From: Sedimentisphaerales bacterium
GTDB taxonomy: Bacteria > Planctomycetota > Phycisphaerae > Sedimentisphaerales > Anaerobacaceae
Direction: 5' to 3'
Assembly (NCBI GenBank): GCA_040772485.1
Contig: JAXGYC010000010.1
Coordinates: 128,001-192,000 of the forward strand
Length of the DNA stretch: 64,000 bases
Part shown: piece by piece, positions 9,483 through 19,067 of the stretch
Position numbering within the stretch: the first letter of the stretch is position 1
Layout: every line of letters starts with the position of its first letter
The notes under the pieces: model-generated
Told to the model about the DNA's origin: nothing
Seen by the model: the letters and a program-made list of their open reading frames with translations, nothing else
The model's database searches: none
Made by a program: the position numbers and the translations under genes

Positions 9483-10187
9483 ATGATGACCGAGAAACGG
9501 GTGCAGCAATTGATCGCCAAGGCTCTCACGTCTGCCAACGTTGACCGAGCGAAGTACTACCACATGTGCTGGTGGGAAGGCCGACTGCGATGTCTTCACG
9601 TCCACCACACCAAAGACGTGCACCCGGTCTTCTTTGCCGCCCCTGGAGAGGTGTTTGCGGAAACACTGAATCCGCACCAATGGCAACTGCTGACCGATCG
9701 CATCATGGCCTTCTGTCAGAGGCACAACATCGCGGCAGACAGTCGGCGGTCACAAGGCGAGCGACGCAGCCGCACCGCGTCCCGGCGGAGGCCCAAGGTC
9801 ACCGGATTCGACTCGCAGCGTCTGCGGCGACTGCTGAGCGACAACCACTCCGCCCTCTCCGCCACCCAACCGCACTTGGACCGGCTCAAGCAGTTGCTGG
9901 AGATGGCCGACACGGTCGCTCCCGAGGAAATACCACGCGATGTGGTCACGATGAATTCGCGCGTCCATCTGAAGGACCGCAATCGCGAGGACGGGCAGAG
10001 GAGCATTTCCCTGGTCTTCCCCGCTGAGGCGGCAACCAACGCGGGTCTCGAAACGACCAAGGTCTCCGTCCTGACGCCGATCGGATTGGCCATCCTTGGG
10101 CGGCGCGTCGGCGACCGCGTGGAGGGCCGCATCCGAATTCAGGACTTGCCGTACCAGCCGGAGGCCGCAGGACGTTTCGATCTGTAG
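9483..10187 (+). CDS. rnk: Rnk/GreA-GreB family protein with a ~95-aa N-terminal extra domain
   Basis: PEEIPRDVVTMNSRV, SLVFP, VSVLTPIGLAILG..VGD, YQPEAAG are Rnk motifs; AAGGAG SD. Confidence 0.8.
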   Translation: MMTEKRVQQLIAKALTSANVDRAKYYHMCWWEGRLRCLHVHHTKDVHPVFFAAPGEVFAETLNPHQWQLLTDRIMAFCQRHNIAADSRRSQGERRSRTASRRRPKVTGFDSQRLRRLLSDNHSALSATQPHLDRLKQLLEMADTVAPEEIPRDVVTMNSRVHLKDRNREDGQRSISLVFPAEAATNAGLETTKVSVLTPIGLAILGRRVGDRVEGRIRIQDLPYQPEAAGRFDL

Positions 10188-10249
10188 CTCGGCGGAGGCT
10201 GTCCCAAAGAACCGAACGCGCGCAACGGCAGTGCAGAAAGGAGTGTTCC

Positions 10250-10438
10250 ATGGCTCAGACCCTGGACTGGCGGGATCGTCGCGGCTCCGCCACTGGACGA
10301 CCGGCGGCCGCAGCACGAACGGATTCTGTCCCACTCGATTCCTCTGAAACAGGCAGACATCGACGCAATCGCTGTCTGCGGCGCAGGTCGGAAGACCCAC
10401 GACCTGCGCGGCGTGGCGGAGGCAACGTGTCCAACTGA
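10250..10438 (+). CDS. Putative 62-aa small ORF / leader upstream of yitT
   Basis: AAAGGAG SD before ATG; Arg-rich; overlaps hairpins. Confidence 0.3.
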   Translation: MAQTLDWRDRRGSATGRPAAAARTDSVPLDSSETGRHRRNRCLRRRSEDPRPARRGGGNVSN

Positions 10439-10503
10439 CAAGTCTGAAATGATGCGGGTCGGCGGAGTGAAACCGACCTTTCGGACAAAGGATACCCCCT
10501 ATT

Positions 10504-11355
10504 GTGAAACACACGGCCAAGGAGTTCATTCGGCACACGGCGCTGCTCGTGCTGGGCAGCGCTCTGTGCGCGTTCAGCGTGAAGGCCATCCTGGTTCCGC
10601 ACGGCTTTCTGGGGCGCGGCATGACCGGCGCTGCACTGCTCGTGCATTACTGCTACCCGGCAGTGTCGCTCGGAACCCTGTACCTGCTGCTGAACATCCC
10701 GGTGTTCGTCCTGGGCTGGCGTTTCGTCGGCCTTCGGTTCGTGTTGTACTCGCTGTGGGGCATGGCCATCTACTCGGCCATGCTGTACCTCATCACGTTC
10801 CGGCTGGAGATCAGCGACCGGATGCTCAGCGCGGTGGTCGCCGGGGCCATCTCCGGAACGGGGGTGGCCGTGATCCTGCGTTCGTACGGCTCCACGGGCG
10901 GAGCGGAAATCCTGTGTGTCATTCTGAACAAGGCCTTTTCGATCACTCTGGGGGCAGGGTCCATGATCGTCAACGCCGTGATCATGGTCATTGCCGGGGT
11001 CCTCTTTCCCATCGAGAACGTGCTGTACAGCCTCGTCTTCGTAGCGGTGGCCGCCCAGGTGACCAACATGGTGTTCCACGGTCTGGCCAAACGACAGGCG
11101 GCGCTCATCCTGTCGGACAAATGGGAAGAGATCGCGCGGGACCTGACGACGGTACACCGATTCGGCGTCACACGAATCCGCGGCCAGGGTGGCTATCACG
11201 GAACCGACAAGACCCTTCTGTATTCCGTTGTCCATCGCGCCAAAGCGTCCGGGCTGAAACGCATCGTCCTGGAGAAAGACCCCAACGCCTTCATTGCGAT
11301 GATGGCCGCCGAAGACGTCACAGGGGTGGAGGTGGGAAACCAGCCTCACTGGTAG
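10504..11355 (+). CDS. YitT family membrane protein (C-terminal DUF2179)
   Basis: LLNIPVF..G, GSTGGAEI, GVT...QGGY.G, DPNAFI..EDVTG motifs; GTG start. Confidence 0.92.
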   Translation: MKHTAKEFIRHTALLVLGSALCAFSVKAILVPHGFLGRGMTGAALLVHYCYPAVSLGTLYLLLNIPVFVLGWRFVGLRFVLYSLWGMAIYSAMLYLITFRLEISDRMLSAVVAGAISGTGVAVILRSYGSTGGAEILCVILNKAFSITLGAGSMIVNAVIMVIAGVLFPIENVLYSLVFVAVAAQVTNMVFHGLAKRQAALILSDKWEEIARDLTTVHRFGVTRIRGQGGYHGTDKTLLYSVVHRAKASGLKRIVLEKDPNAFIAMMAAEDVTGVEVGNQPHW

Positions 11356-11382
11356 AGATCGCCGGGCCGGGCGTTGCCGACC

Positions 11383-12651
11383 CTATTCGTGCCGCAGGGC
11401 GACGATCGGATCGACCTTGGCGGCGTTGATGGCCGGGTACAGGCCAAACAGAATGCCGATCCCCATGCTGATGAACAGCGGCAGCAGGATGCCGTTCCAG
11501 GTCATGACCGTGGGCATGCCGGAAAAGTACGTGATCAGCAACGGAATCAGCAGCCCCACGCCAAGCCCGATCAGGCCGCCGGTCGTGGAAAGGACGACGG
11601 TCTCGACGAGGAACTGATAGATGATCTGCCGGCGTTTGGCGCCGATGGCCCGACGGATACCGATCTCGCGGGTGCGCTCCGTCACGGAGGCCAGCATGAT
11701 ATTCATGATCCCGATCCCTCCGACGAGCAGGCTGATGCCGGCGATGGAGCCGAGAACGATGTTAAACGTCCGCTTGGTCGCCTCGGCCTGCTTGAGCAAC
11801 GCCAGGGGAACGCTGACGGTATAGTCCTTTTTCTTGTGGAATCGCTCCAGCATGCGCTCGATGCCCGCCGCGACGGCCTCCACGCCTTTGGGGTCCTCGA
11901 CCTGGACGATCACCTGATGCAGCTCGACCTTCTCGCGTTCCTCCGACCCGGAGGTTCGTTTCATGAAGATGTCGCCGAAATACCGCCGGGCGACTTCCAT
12001 GGGAATATAAACGTCTACCTCCTGGTCCGGAATCTGGATGTTGCCGGCCTGCCCGCTCTCGCTCTTGACGATCCCGATCACCTCGAACTCGTCGCCCCCT
12101 ATGCGAATGGTCTGGCCGACCACCGCTTCCGTCGCCAGAATCTTCCTGGCGCCGAACTCCGTCAGCACAGCCACGGGCGCCAGCCTCGCCTGGTCCGCCG
12201 GCATGATGACGCGGCCGGCCAGAATCTCACGAGGCACCAGTTCGAACCACTCCGGCGTCGTGCCCACGATCCGCAGCTCCAGGCTGCGCTCGTGCAGACG
12301 GGTCTCCTTCCGCGTCAGTTTTACCGGCGCCACCTGTTTGATGTTGCCAAAAGACTCGGCCATGCGCCGGTGGTCGTCATAGGTCAGGCCGTACACGCTC
12401 ATGAAGGACGTGCTCGTCCGCTGCTGCTCGTCGGCCGAAGGCTTCACCGACGAGATGATGATGTTGTTGCTGCCGAGCTTGCGGATGTTGGCCAGCGCCT
12501 GTTTGCTGGCCCCTTCGCCGACCGAGAGCATGGCCACGACGCTGCCGACGCCGAACACCACGCCCAGCATCGTCAGAAACGAGCGCAGCTTGTGCAGCAG
12601 CAGGTTTTCGATCCCCAGCCAGATGTTCCTCACGATCCTGGCTTGTCGCAT
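11383..12651 (-). CDS. ABC transporter permease, MacB/FtsX-like (copy 2)
   Basis: KLRSFLTMLGVVFGV; ISLLVGGIGIMNIMLASVTERTREIGIRRAIGA; DPIVALRHE; 422 aa from ATG 12651. Confidence 0.95.
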   Translation of the reverse strand: MRQARIVRNIWLGIENLLLHKLRSFLTMLGVVFGVGSVVAMLSVGEGASKQALANIRKLGSNNIIISSVKPSADEQQRTSTSFMSVYGLTYDDHRRMAESFGNIKQVAPVKLTRKETRLHERSLELRIVGTTPEWFELVPREILAGRVIMPADQARLAPVAVLTEFGARKILATEAVVGQTIRIGGDEFEVIGIVKSESGQAGNIQIPDQEVDVYIPMEVARRYFGDIFMKRTSGSEEREKVELHQVIVQVEDPKGVEAVAAGIERMLERFHKKKDYTVSVPLALLKQAEATKRTFNIVLGSIAGISLLVGGIGIMNIMLASVTERTREIGIRRAIGAKRRQIIYQFLVETVVLSTTGGLIGLGVGLLIPLLITYFSGMPTVMTWNGILLPLFISMGIGILFGLYPAINAAKVDPIVALRHE

Positions 12652-12863
12652 ATCTACATACTCCGTTGCGGGCCGTGAACGAATCCTCGTTCGTAGTGGC
12701 GTCGTAAGACGCGACCTTCGGTCCTTTGCAGTGGCCCGACGCATTCACGCCCTTACGAGCACACCACAAATGGTCGGGTGGTGCAACATGGCGGACGGGT
12801 TACCGTCTCCAAGGACCATTCGTATCCACGCCGCCCTTCCTGCCGGGTGTCCGTCCGTTCCAT

Positions 12864-14132
12864 CTATTCATGGCGCAGCGCCACAATCGGATCTACTCTG
12901 GCCGCGTTGATGGCGGGGTACAGACCGAAGAGGATGCCGATTGCCATGCTGATGAACAGAGGCAGCAAAATGCCGCTTAGCTTCACCACGGTGGGCATGC
13001 CGGAGAAGTACGTGATCAGGAACGGGATCAAAGTGCCGATCCCCAAGCCGATCAGCCCTCCGAAGGTGGAGAGAACGACCGTCTCGATCAGGAACTGGTA
13101 GATGATCTGCCGGCGCTTGGCCCCGATCGCCCGCCGGATGCCGATTTCGCGCGTCCTCTCGGTGACGGAAGCCAGCATGATGTTCATGATCCCAATCCCG
13201 CCGACGAGCAGACTGATGCCGGCGATCGACCCGAGAACAATGTTGAACGTCCGCTTGGTCGCTTCCGCCTGCTTGAGAAGGGCCAGCGGGACGTTGACGG
13301 CGTAGTCCTTCTTGCGATGAAACCGATCGAGCATTCTCTCGATGCCGGCCGCAGTCGACTCGACCTGCTGGGGATCCTCCACCTGAACGATGATCTGGTG
13401 CAGCTCCACTTTCTCTCGCTCCTCCGAGCCCGATGTGCGTTTGGTGAAGATGTCACCGAAGTACCGCTTGGCTACCTCAATGGGAATGTAGACATCGACT
13501 TCCTGATCGGGGATCTGAATATTCCCGGCCTGTCCGCTTTCACTTTTGACGATGCCGACGATCTCAAACTGGTCACCGCCGATGCGCACCGTCTGACCAA
13601 CGGTGCCCTCGGTAGCCAGGATTTTTCTCGCACCGAATTCGGTCAGCACCGCCACGGGAGCCTGTCGGTCCAGGTCGGTCGCGGTGATGACACGTCCGGC
13701 GAGAACCTCGCGGGGCACCAGATCGAACCACTGCGGCGTTGTGCCTACGACGCGTAGCTCCAACGATCTTTCCCGCAGACGCGTTTCTTTCCTCATCAGC
13801 TTGACCGGTGCGGTCTCCTTGATCGTCCCGAAACTCTCTGCGACTCTCTTCTGGTCGGCGTAGGTCAGACCATAGATGCTCATGTGCGAATGCTGGGTGC
13901 TGGCCTGTTCTTCCTCCGCCGATTTGACGGACGAAATGATGATATTGTTGCTGCCCAGCTTGCGGATATTCTCCAGCGCTTCCTTGCTGGCCCCCTCGCC
14001 CACCGAGAGCATGGCCACGACGCTGCCGACACCGAAGACCACTCCCAGCATCGTCAAGAACGAGCGCAGCTTGTGCAGCAGCAGGTTTTCAATGCCGAGC
14101 CAGATGTTTCTGGCGATCTTCGCTTGTCTCAT
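12864..14132 (-). CDS. ABC transporter permease, MacB/FtsX-like (copy 1)
   Basis: Same motifs; 422 aa; ~85% identical to copy 2 by manual count. Confidence 0.95.
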   Translation of the reverse strand: MRQAKIARNIWLGIENLLLHKLRSFLTMLGVVFGVGSVVAMLSVGEGASKEALENIRKLGSNNIIISSVKSAEEEQASTQHSHMSIYGLTYADQKRVAESFGTIKETAPVKLMRKETRLRERSLELRVVGTTPQWFDLVPREVLAGRVITATDLDRQAPVAVLTEFGARKILATEGTVGQTVRIGGDQFEIVGIVKSESGQAGNIQIPDQEVDVYIPIEVAKRYFGDIFTKRTSGSEEREKVELHQIIVQVEDPQQVESTAAGIERMLDRFHRKKDYAVNVPLALLKQAEATKRTFNIVLGSIAGISLLVGGIGIMNIMLASVTERTREIGIRRAIGAKRRQIIYQFLIETVVLSTFGGLIGLGIGTLIPFLITYFSGMPTVVKLSGILLPLFISMAIGILFGLYPAINAARVDPIVALRHE

Positions 14133-14844
14133 GCGTTTCCGTCTCGATTCGATCGATCAGGCCATCCATCATGTGCAGCCGGCTTCGGGCGTGGGCGGCG
14201 ATGTCCGGCTCATGCGTCACCATGATGATGGTCTTGCCTTGTCGGTTCAAGTTGCCCAACAACTCCATGATCTGCTCGCCCGTGGCCGAGTCCAGGTTGC
14301 CGGTGGGCTCGTCGGCGAAGATGATCTGGGGATCGTTGGTCAGCGCCCGGGCGATGGCCACTCGTTGCATCTGCCCGCCGGAAAGCTCCGTGGGACGGTG
14401 GTTCAGCCGTCCACCCAGACCCACCATTTCCGCCAGCTCCTTGGCGCGCTGGGCGCTGCGTGCCGCATCCCAGCCCAGATAGTAGAGCGGCAGCTCGATA
14501 TTCCGCTGCACGGTCAACTGCGGGATCAGGTTGAAGCTCTGGAAGATGAACCCCAGATACGATAGACGCAACTCGCTGAGCGAATCGTCGTCGAGCCGGC
14601 TGACGTCCTTGCCGTCCAGGTAATAGGCGCCGCTCGTCAGCCGGTCGAGACAGCCCAGGACGTTCATCATCGTACTCTTGCCGGACCCGCTCGGACCCAT
14701 GATGGCCCAGAAGCTGCCCTTTTTGAACGAGATGTTCACGCCCGCCAGCGCGTGGACCTCTTCGGTCCCCATCTGGTAAGTCTTGCGCGCGTTTTCAAGT
14801 CGGACGATGTCGTGGTTGCTGTCCGATGGGGTTTGTGCGGCCAT
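14089..14844 (-). CDS. ABC transporter ATP-binding protein (LolD/MacB-type)
   Basis: Walker A GPSGSGKST, LSGGQ signature, IIFADEPTGNLD, VTHE. Confidence 0.95.
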   Translation of the reverse strand: MAAQTPSDSNHDIVRLENARKTYQMGTEEVHALAGVNISFKKGSFWAIMGPSGSGKSTMMNVLGCLDRLTSGAYYLDGKDVSRLDDDSLSELRLSYLGFIFQSFNLIPQLTVQRNIELPLYYLGWDAARSAQRAKELAEMVGLGGRLNHRPTELSGGQMQRVAIARALTNDPQIIFADEPTGNLDSATGEQIMELLGNLNRQGKTIIMVTHEPDIAAHARSRLHMMDGLIDRIETETHETSEDRQKHLARH

Positions 14845-16797
14845 CTACTGCCCCCCTCCCGGCTGCGGGCCTCTGGTGCCGGACCGGTCACCACCCGGGC
14901 CGCCTGCCGGCCTGGCAGAGCCGCCAGGACCGCCCTCCGGGGCGCGCTGGCGCATCTGTCCCTGCTGTTGCGGGGCGGCGTTTTCCGTCATCTGCTGCCG
15001 CATGCGCTCCATCTCCTGCTGTCGCTGCTCGGGCGTCATGTTCTGAAGCCGTTCGCGCATCTGCTCTCTTTGCTCGTCCGAGAGTTGGGGCTGCCCCCCC
15101 TGGCCCTGGGGCGGGAATCCGCCCCCTGCCCCCGGCGGCTGAAACCCTTGCGCCGGCATGCCCTCCATGCCCTGGCCGAAAGCGGGCCGGCCGGCATCCG
15201 ATCCATTGACGTTCTCCAGCCTCTCGTTGATTCTCTGCTGCCAGTCGTCGGCTTCGCCGTCGGCGTCCGATCTGTCCTGACCCGAGCCTTCTTTCAATGT
15301 GGCCTCCTTCAGAGGCGGCGCCAGCCAGACGACTTCGCCTCTATCCAGACCGCTGATGACCCGGACCATGCTGTTGTTGTCCAAGCCGATCTCGACAATC
15401 CGTTCCTGCACCGTGCCGTCCGGATGAACGACGTAAACGGTCGGCTTGCCCCCAATACGAATGACCGCCTGAATCGGGATGTAGACGGCGTCGTCGTACT
15501 GGGCGACGATGATCTCGACCTTGCAGCTCATTCCCGTCCGCAACGCCGGATCGTCCCCTTCGAGGTAGATGTCCGAGTTGTAGACCTTCAGGTCGGGGTT
15601 CATCCACATGCTCTGCGGATCGGGCAGCGGCGCGATCCGACCGACGGAGCCCATGAATTTCTTGCCGGGGAGGGCATCGACCGTCACGACGGCGGGCAAC
15701 CCAATCCGGACCTTCTCCAGGCTGGCCTCGTGAATATCGACCTCCGCCATGGCCGACGTCGCCGTCGGCAGATAGATCAGCTCCTGACGCTCGAAGACCT
15801 CGACACCCTCGTCGAGCGGCTCGCGGTTGTCGCGCCACCCGCCCCGACGAGCGCTGGTCGCATAGATCACCATGCCATCGGCTGGAGCATACACCTTGGC
15901 CTTGCTGAGCTGATCGTCGATCTTGTCGAGCTTGTACTTCTGGCGATCGTATTCCTGCTTTCTGGCCAGCAGTTCGGCGCGGGCCTGGGCGACGTTGGCC
16001 CGGGCCTTGGCCTGGGTGCGTTCCAACGCCATCTCCGCCTGCCGGACGTCGCTCTCCAACTGCGCGATCTGCCGCTTGTTGGTGTATTCTTCGAGAAGCT
16101 CCCGATCGCGCTGGGCCACCTGAAGGTTGACCTCCGCTCGGCTGAACGCCAGTTCGTCCGCCTGAAGCTCGGTCTTCGAGAGGTATTTCTCCTCGTAAAG
16201 CTTCCGGGACCACTCCACTTTTTCCAAGGCCCGCGTCTTGTCTTCTTCGGCCAACTGAATCTCGGCCAGGGCCTTCGCCAGTTCGTTCGGATACTCCCCC
16301 TCTTTGTACTTGTTCAGGTCCTGTTTGGCGAATTCCAGCGTCAGCGTAGCCAGTTCCACGTCGCTCTGGGCCTGATTCTCGACGATGTCCATGTTCTCCT
16401 TGGCGTTGATGTGCGCCGCCTCGGCATTCTGCACGGTGATATCCTGATCGATCCGCTGGTCCTGCATCGTGCTGGCGTCGAGTTCGACCAGCAGCTCGCC
16501 CTTCTTGACCCTCGTTCCCTCGTCAATGAGGTAGATGATCGAGGTGCGCCCTTCCAGTTGATTGGTGATGATGATCTGCTCGCGCGCCTTGATCGTGCCC
16601 GATTCGAGCACGCTTATCGTCAACGGACCTCGCTGGGCCTCGAACGTGGCCATCTGCGTAGTGGGCGAGTCGCCCGCGCGAACCACCTTGAGCCAGATGA
16701 TCACCAGTGCGATGGCGGCGAGAATTACCAGGACGCCCAGCACCCGGAGAGGCCTGCGTCTGCCATTTGTCGTCCCGTTGGCGTTCTTAACTGTCAT
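14845..16797 (-). CDS. Efflux periplasmic adaptor (HlyD/MacA-like) with Gln/Gly-rich C-terminal tail
   Basis: N-terminal TM; EGTRVKKGELLVELD lipoyl-like half-motif; long coiled coil; APADGMVIY; LRTGMSCKVEI. Confidence 0.9.
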   Translation of the reverse strand: MTVKNANGTTNGRRRPLRVLGVLVILAAIALVIIWLKVVRAGDSPTTQMATFEAQRGPLTISVLESGTIKAREQIIITNQLEGRTSIIYLIDEGTRVKKGELLVELDASTMQDQRIDQDITVQNAEAAHINAKENMDIVENQAQSDVELATLTLEFAKQDLNKYKEGEYPNELAKALAEIQLAEEDKTRALEKVEWSRKLYEEKYLSKTELQADELAFSRAEVNLQVAQRDRELLEEYTNKRQIAQLESDVRQAEMALERTQAKARANVAQARAELLARKQEYDRQKYKLDKIDDQLSKAKVYAPADGMVIYATSARRGGWRDNREPLDEGVEVFERQELIYLPTATSAMAEVDIHEASLEKVRIGLPAVVTVDALPGKKFMGSVGRIAPLPDPQSMWMNPDLKVYNSDIYLEGDDPALRTGMSCKVEIIVAQYDDAVYIPIQAVIRIGGKPTVYVVHPDGTVQERIVEIGLDNNSMVRVISGLDRGEVVWLAPPLKEATLKEGSGQDRSDADGEADDWQQRINERLENVNGSDAGRPAFGQGMEGMPAQGFQPPGAGGGFPPQGQGGQPQLSDEQREQMRERLQNMTPEQRQQEMERMRQQMTENAAPQQQGQMRQRAPEGGPGGSARPAGGPGGDRSGTRGPQPGGGQ

Positions 16798-18676
16798 GAT
16801 GGCTTTCCCCTGGCGAGAATTCCTGCCACAACCCCTTTTCATTCACTTCGAGCAGACCCAGATCGCGCTGCAACTCCAACTCCGCTATCCGGTAGTTTAC
16901 GACGGCGGCGGTAAGCTGGTTCTGGGCGGAGAGCAAAGCATCCTGGGCTTCGAGCAGATCGCGGATCTGCGCCCGCCCGGCTTCCAGGAACAACTGCGCG
17001 CTGCGGACGCGTTTTTCGGCCACTACGACCTGCTGCGCGTTGATCTTGATGCTCTCCCTCGATTCGAGCAAGGTGCGCAACTGATTGCGAATCGACAGTT
17101 TGATCTGGTCTTCAAGCTGCTGAACGCTCCGGGTCGCCCGCTCCAGATCGATCAGGCTGTTCCGGTAGGCGTTGCGTTCGGCGGTCCGCTCCAAGGGCAG
17201 GTCCAGCGAAAGCAAAGCCGCATATCGCCCGCCCTCGAGACTCAGGCTGCCATCGTCGTCGTTGTCCGCGAATCGCGCCTGGCCTCCGAGGGTCAAACCC
17301 GCTCGCAAGGCATCAGCCCGGACGACCACCGCTCTCTGCGCGTCGTAGACCTGGCCGTTGGCCACCTGCAAATCGCGACGATTCTCCAATGCCAGATTGA
17401 CCGCGGCCGTCACATCAATCTCATAGGGTCCGGCGTCTTCATAGCTGGCCGCCTGAAGTTCCACCGGTGCATCAGCCGGAAGAGCCTCGCCCGACGTCGT
17501 GTCGGAGGAAGCCGTTCGCATCGTTTCGAGAATCTCGTTGGACCGCGAACGAAGCTGAACCAGATCGTTGGGGTCCAGCTCGATCGACGCGTCCGGCGGC
17601 AGACCCAGTTGGCTCTTGAACGAATCGAGACGGCCGGCAAGCTGCTCGCCGGCGGAGATCCAACTGTTGCGGGCGCCGAGTTCGCGCTGCACCGCCTGGT
17701 CCACCTCGACCTGTGTAATCAGACCGGCGTCCGCCCGTCTCCTCGCGTAGCGGGCCGAGGTGATCGCGCTGCGGTAGTTGTCCCTGGCGTTGGCCACCGA
17801 GTCCATCTGGCGCAGGACACCGAAGTAATCCTGGGCGACACTGACCGCGAAGGTGCGCTTGTACCGCTCGAATTCCCAGATCGCGTAGACGACATCGCGC
17901 TCGGCCTGGGTCAACGGCTCGGTCACGATGTGCCGGCCGGCCCCCCTCAGCAACGGGATCGACACGGATGTGTCAGAGCTGAGTCCCAACGCCGAGGAAC
18001 CGCCCTGCGTCAGAATGCTCAGCAGATCGACGGCCAGCGTGGAACTGAAATCGAGACCGTTCTTGAAACTCCGCGCCAGGCCGAGACTTGCCCCGCTGGC
18101 CAGATCGGTGACCGTCTCGTCCCCGCTCGTGTCGGTGGTCAGTTGGCTGTCGGCCTGGGCACGGAAGATATTGCGGAAATCGTTCCGCGTCAGATCGAGG
18201 CTCAGCGCCGTCCGGAAGACCTCCTCCTTGCGGGACTGGTACTCGAAGCTGTTGTGGGCTCCGACCTGGAGGGCTTCGAGCAGCGACAGCTTGACCGGCC
18301 GATTGGGCTCCACCCCAACCTCGGGGCCGGTCGAAGAGCTTTCGGGCGGATAGCTCTCGTCGGGCCAGTGCTCGATCGGCTCCAGAGCGTCGGTTCCCAG
18401 CGACGCCTGACTCGAATGGGGCAGATCCTGCCCTTCCAGGAGCCGGCGTCGCAGGATGTCGCTCGGCCGTTCGATGGTGAACGGCTCCGTCCTGCCGAGG
18501 GCTTCGGCCTGCTTGTCGGAGATGATCTTCGAGCTGACCTCATCGGCCTTCTGCCGGTACTGCAGGGGGGATTTGCAGCCAACCACAGCGACGGCCACGC
18601 CCAACAGGACGGCCGGCAACAGGGGATTCCACCGAATGCGGCACAAGTTGCGTTGTCTAAGGTGACGAGACTCCAT
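16787..18676 (-). CDS. TolC-family outer membrane efflux lipoprotein
   Basis: Lipobox AVVGC; LSLLEAL..HN; SIPLLRGAG; RDLLEAQDALLSAQ; start uncertain. Confidence 0.85.
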   Translation of the reverse strand: MESRHLRQRNLCRIRWNPLLPAVLLGVAVAVVGCKSPLQYRQKADEVSSKIISDKQAEALGRTEPFTIERPSDILRRRLLEGQDLPHSSQASLGTDALEPIEHWPDESYPPESSSTGPEVGVEPNRPVKLSLLEALQVGAHNSFEYQSRKEEVFRTALSLDLTRNDFRNIFRAQADSQLTTDTSGDETVTDLASGASLGLARSFKNGLDFSSTLAVDLLSILTQGGSSALGLSSDTSVSIPLLRGAGRHIVTEPLTQAERDVVYAIWEFERYKRTFAVSVAQDYFGVLRQMDSVANARDNYRSAITSARYARRRADAGLITQVEVDQAVQRELGARNSWISAGEQLAGRLDSFKSQLGLPPDASIELDPNDLVQLRSRSNEILETMRTASSDTTSGEALPADAPVELQAASYEDAGPYEIDVTAAVNLALENRRDLQVANGQVYDAQRAVVVRADALRAGLTLGGQARFADNDDDGSLSLEGGRYAALLSLDLPLERTAERNAYRNSLIDLERATRSVQQLEDQIKLSIRNQLRTLLESRESIKINAQQVVVAEKRVRSAQLFLEAGRAQIRDLLEAQDALLSAQNQLTAAVVNYRIAELELQRDLGLLEVNEKGLWQEFSPGESHHDS

Positions 18677-19067
18677 CGATGCGCCTAAATACCGTAGTTT
18701 CTCCTCTTTTGCGCGATGCGTCAACAACAAAGCTCCTGCAACGCCGTGCGTCGCCCGGTCCGGCACCTGCCCGACACAGGCGACTCGTAACATCCCAAGC
18801 GGAGTACAGACGGACCCAAACCCCACGAAATTGCACGGAAACGGCCTTTCGAGCAGCTTGTCTGCCGCAGGTTCAGTGCGAGGCCGCCGCAAAATGGTTA
18901 CACGTTCGCCGCCGCCACGACGCAGAACTATCGGCATTGCATTCAGACACGAAGCGGGTTAGTGTGTCGGGGCATTATGGACCGCAAAGTCGAGGGCGGC
19001 GTTCGGAGCGTTCCGGACAGGCTGCGAAGCCAAAGCCCTTCCTGACGCGTGCAGTGGAGAAAATGAA

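Noticed and set aside
14752..18688. 720-aa and 708-aa + strand ORFs
   Set aside because: Antisense shadows of the HlyD and TolC genes
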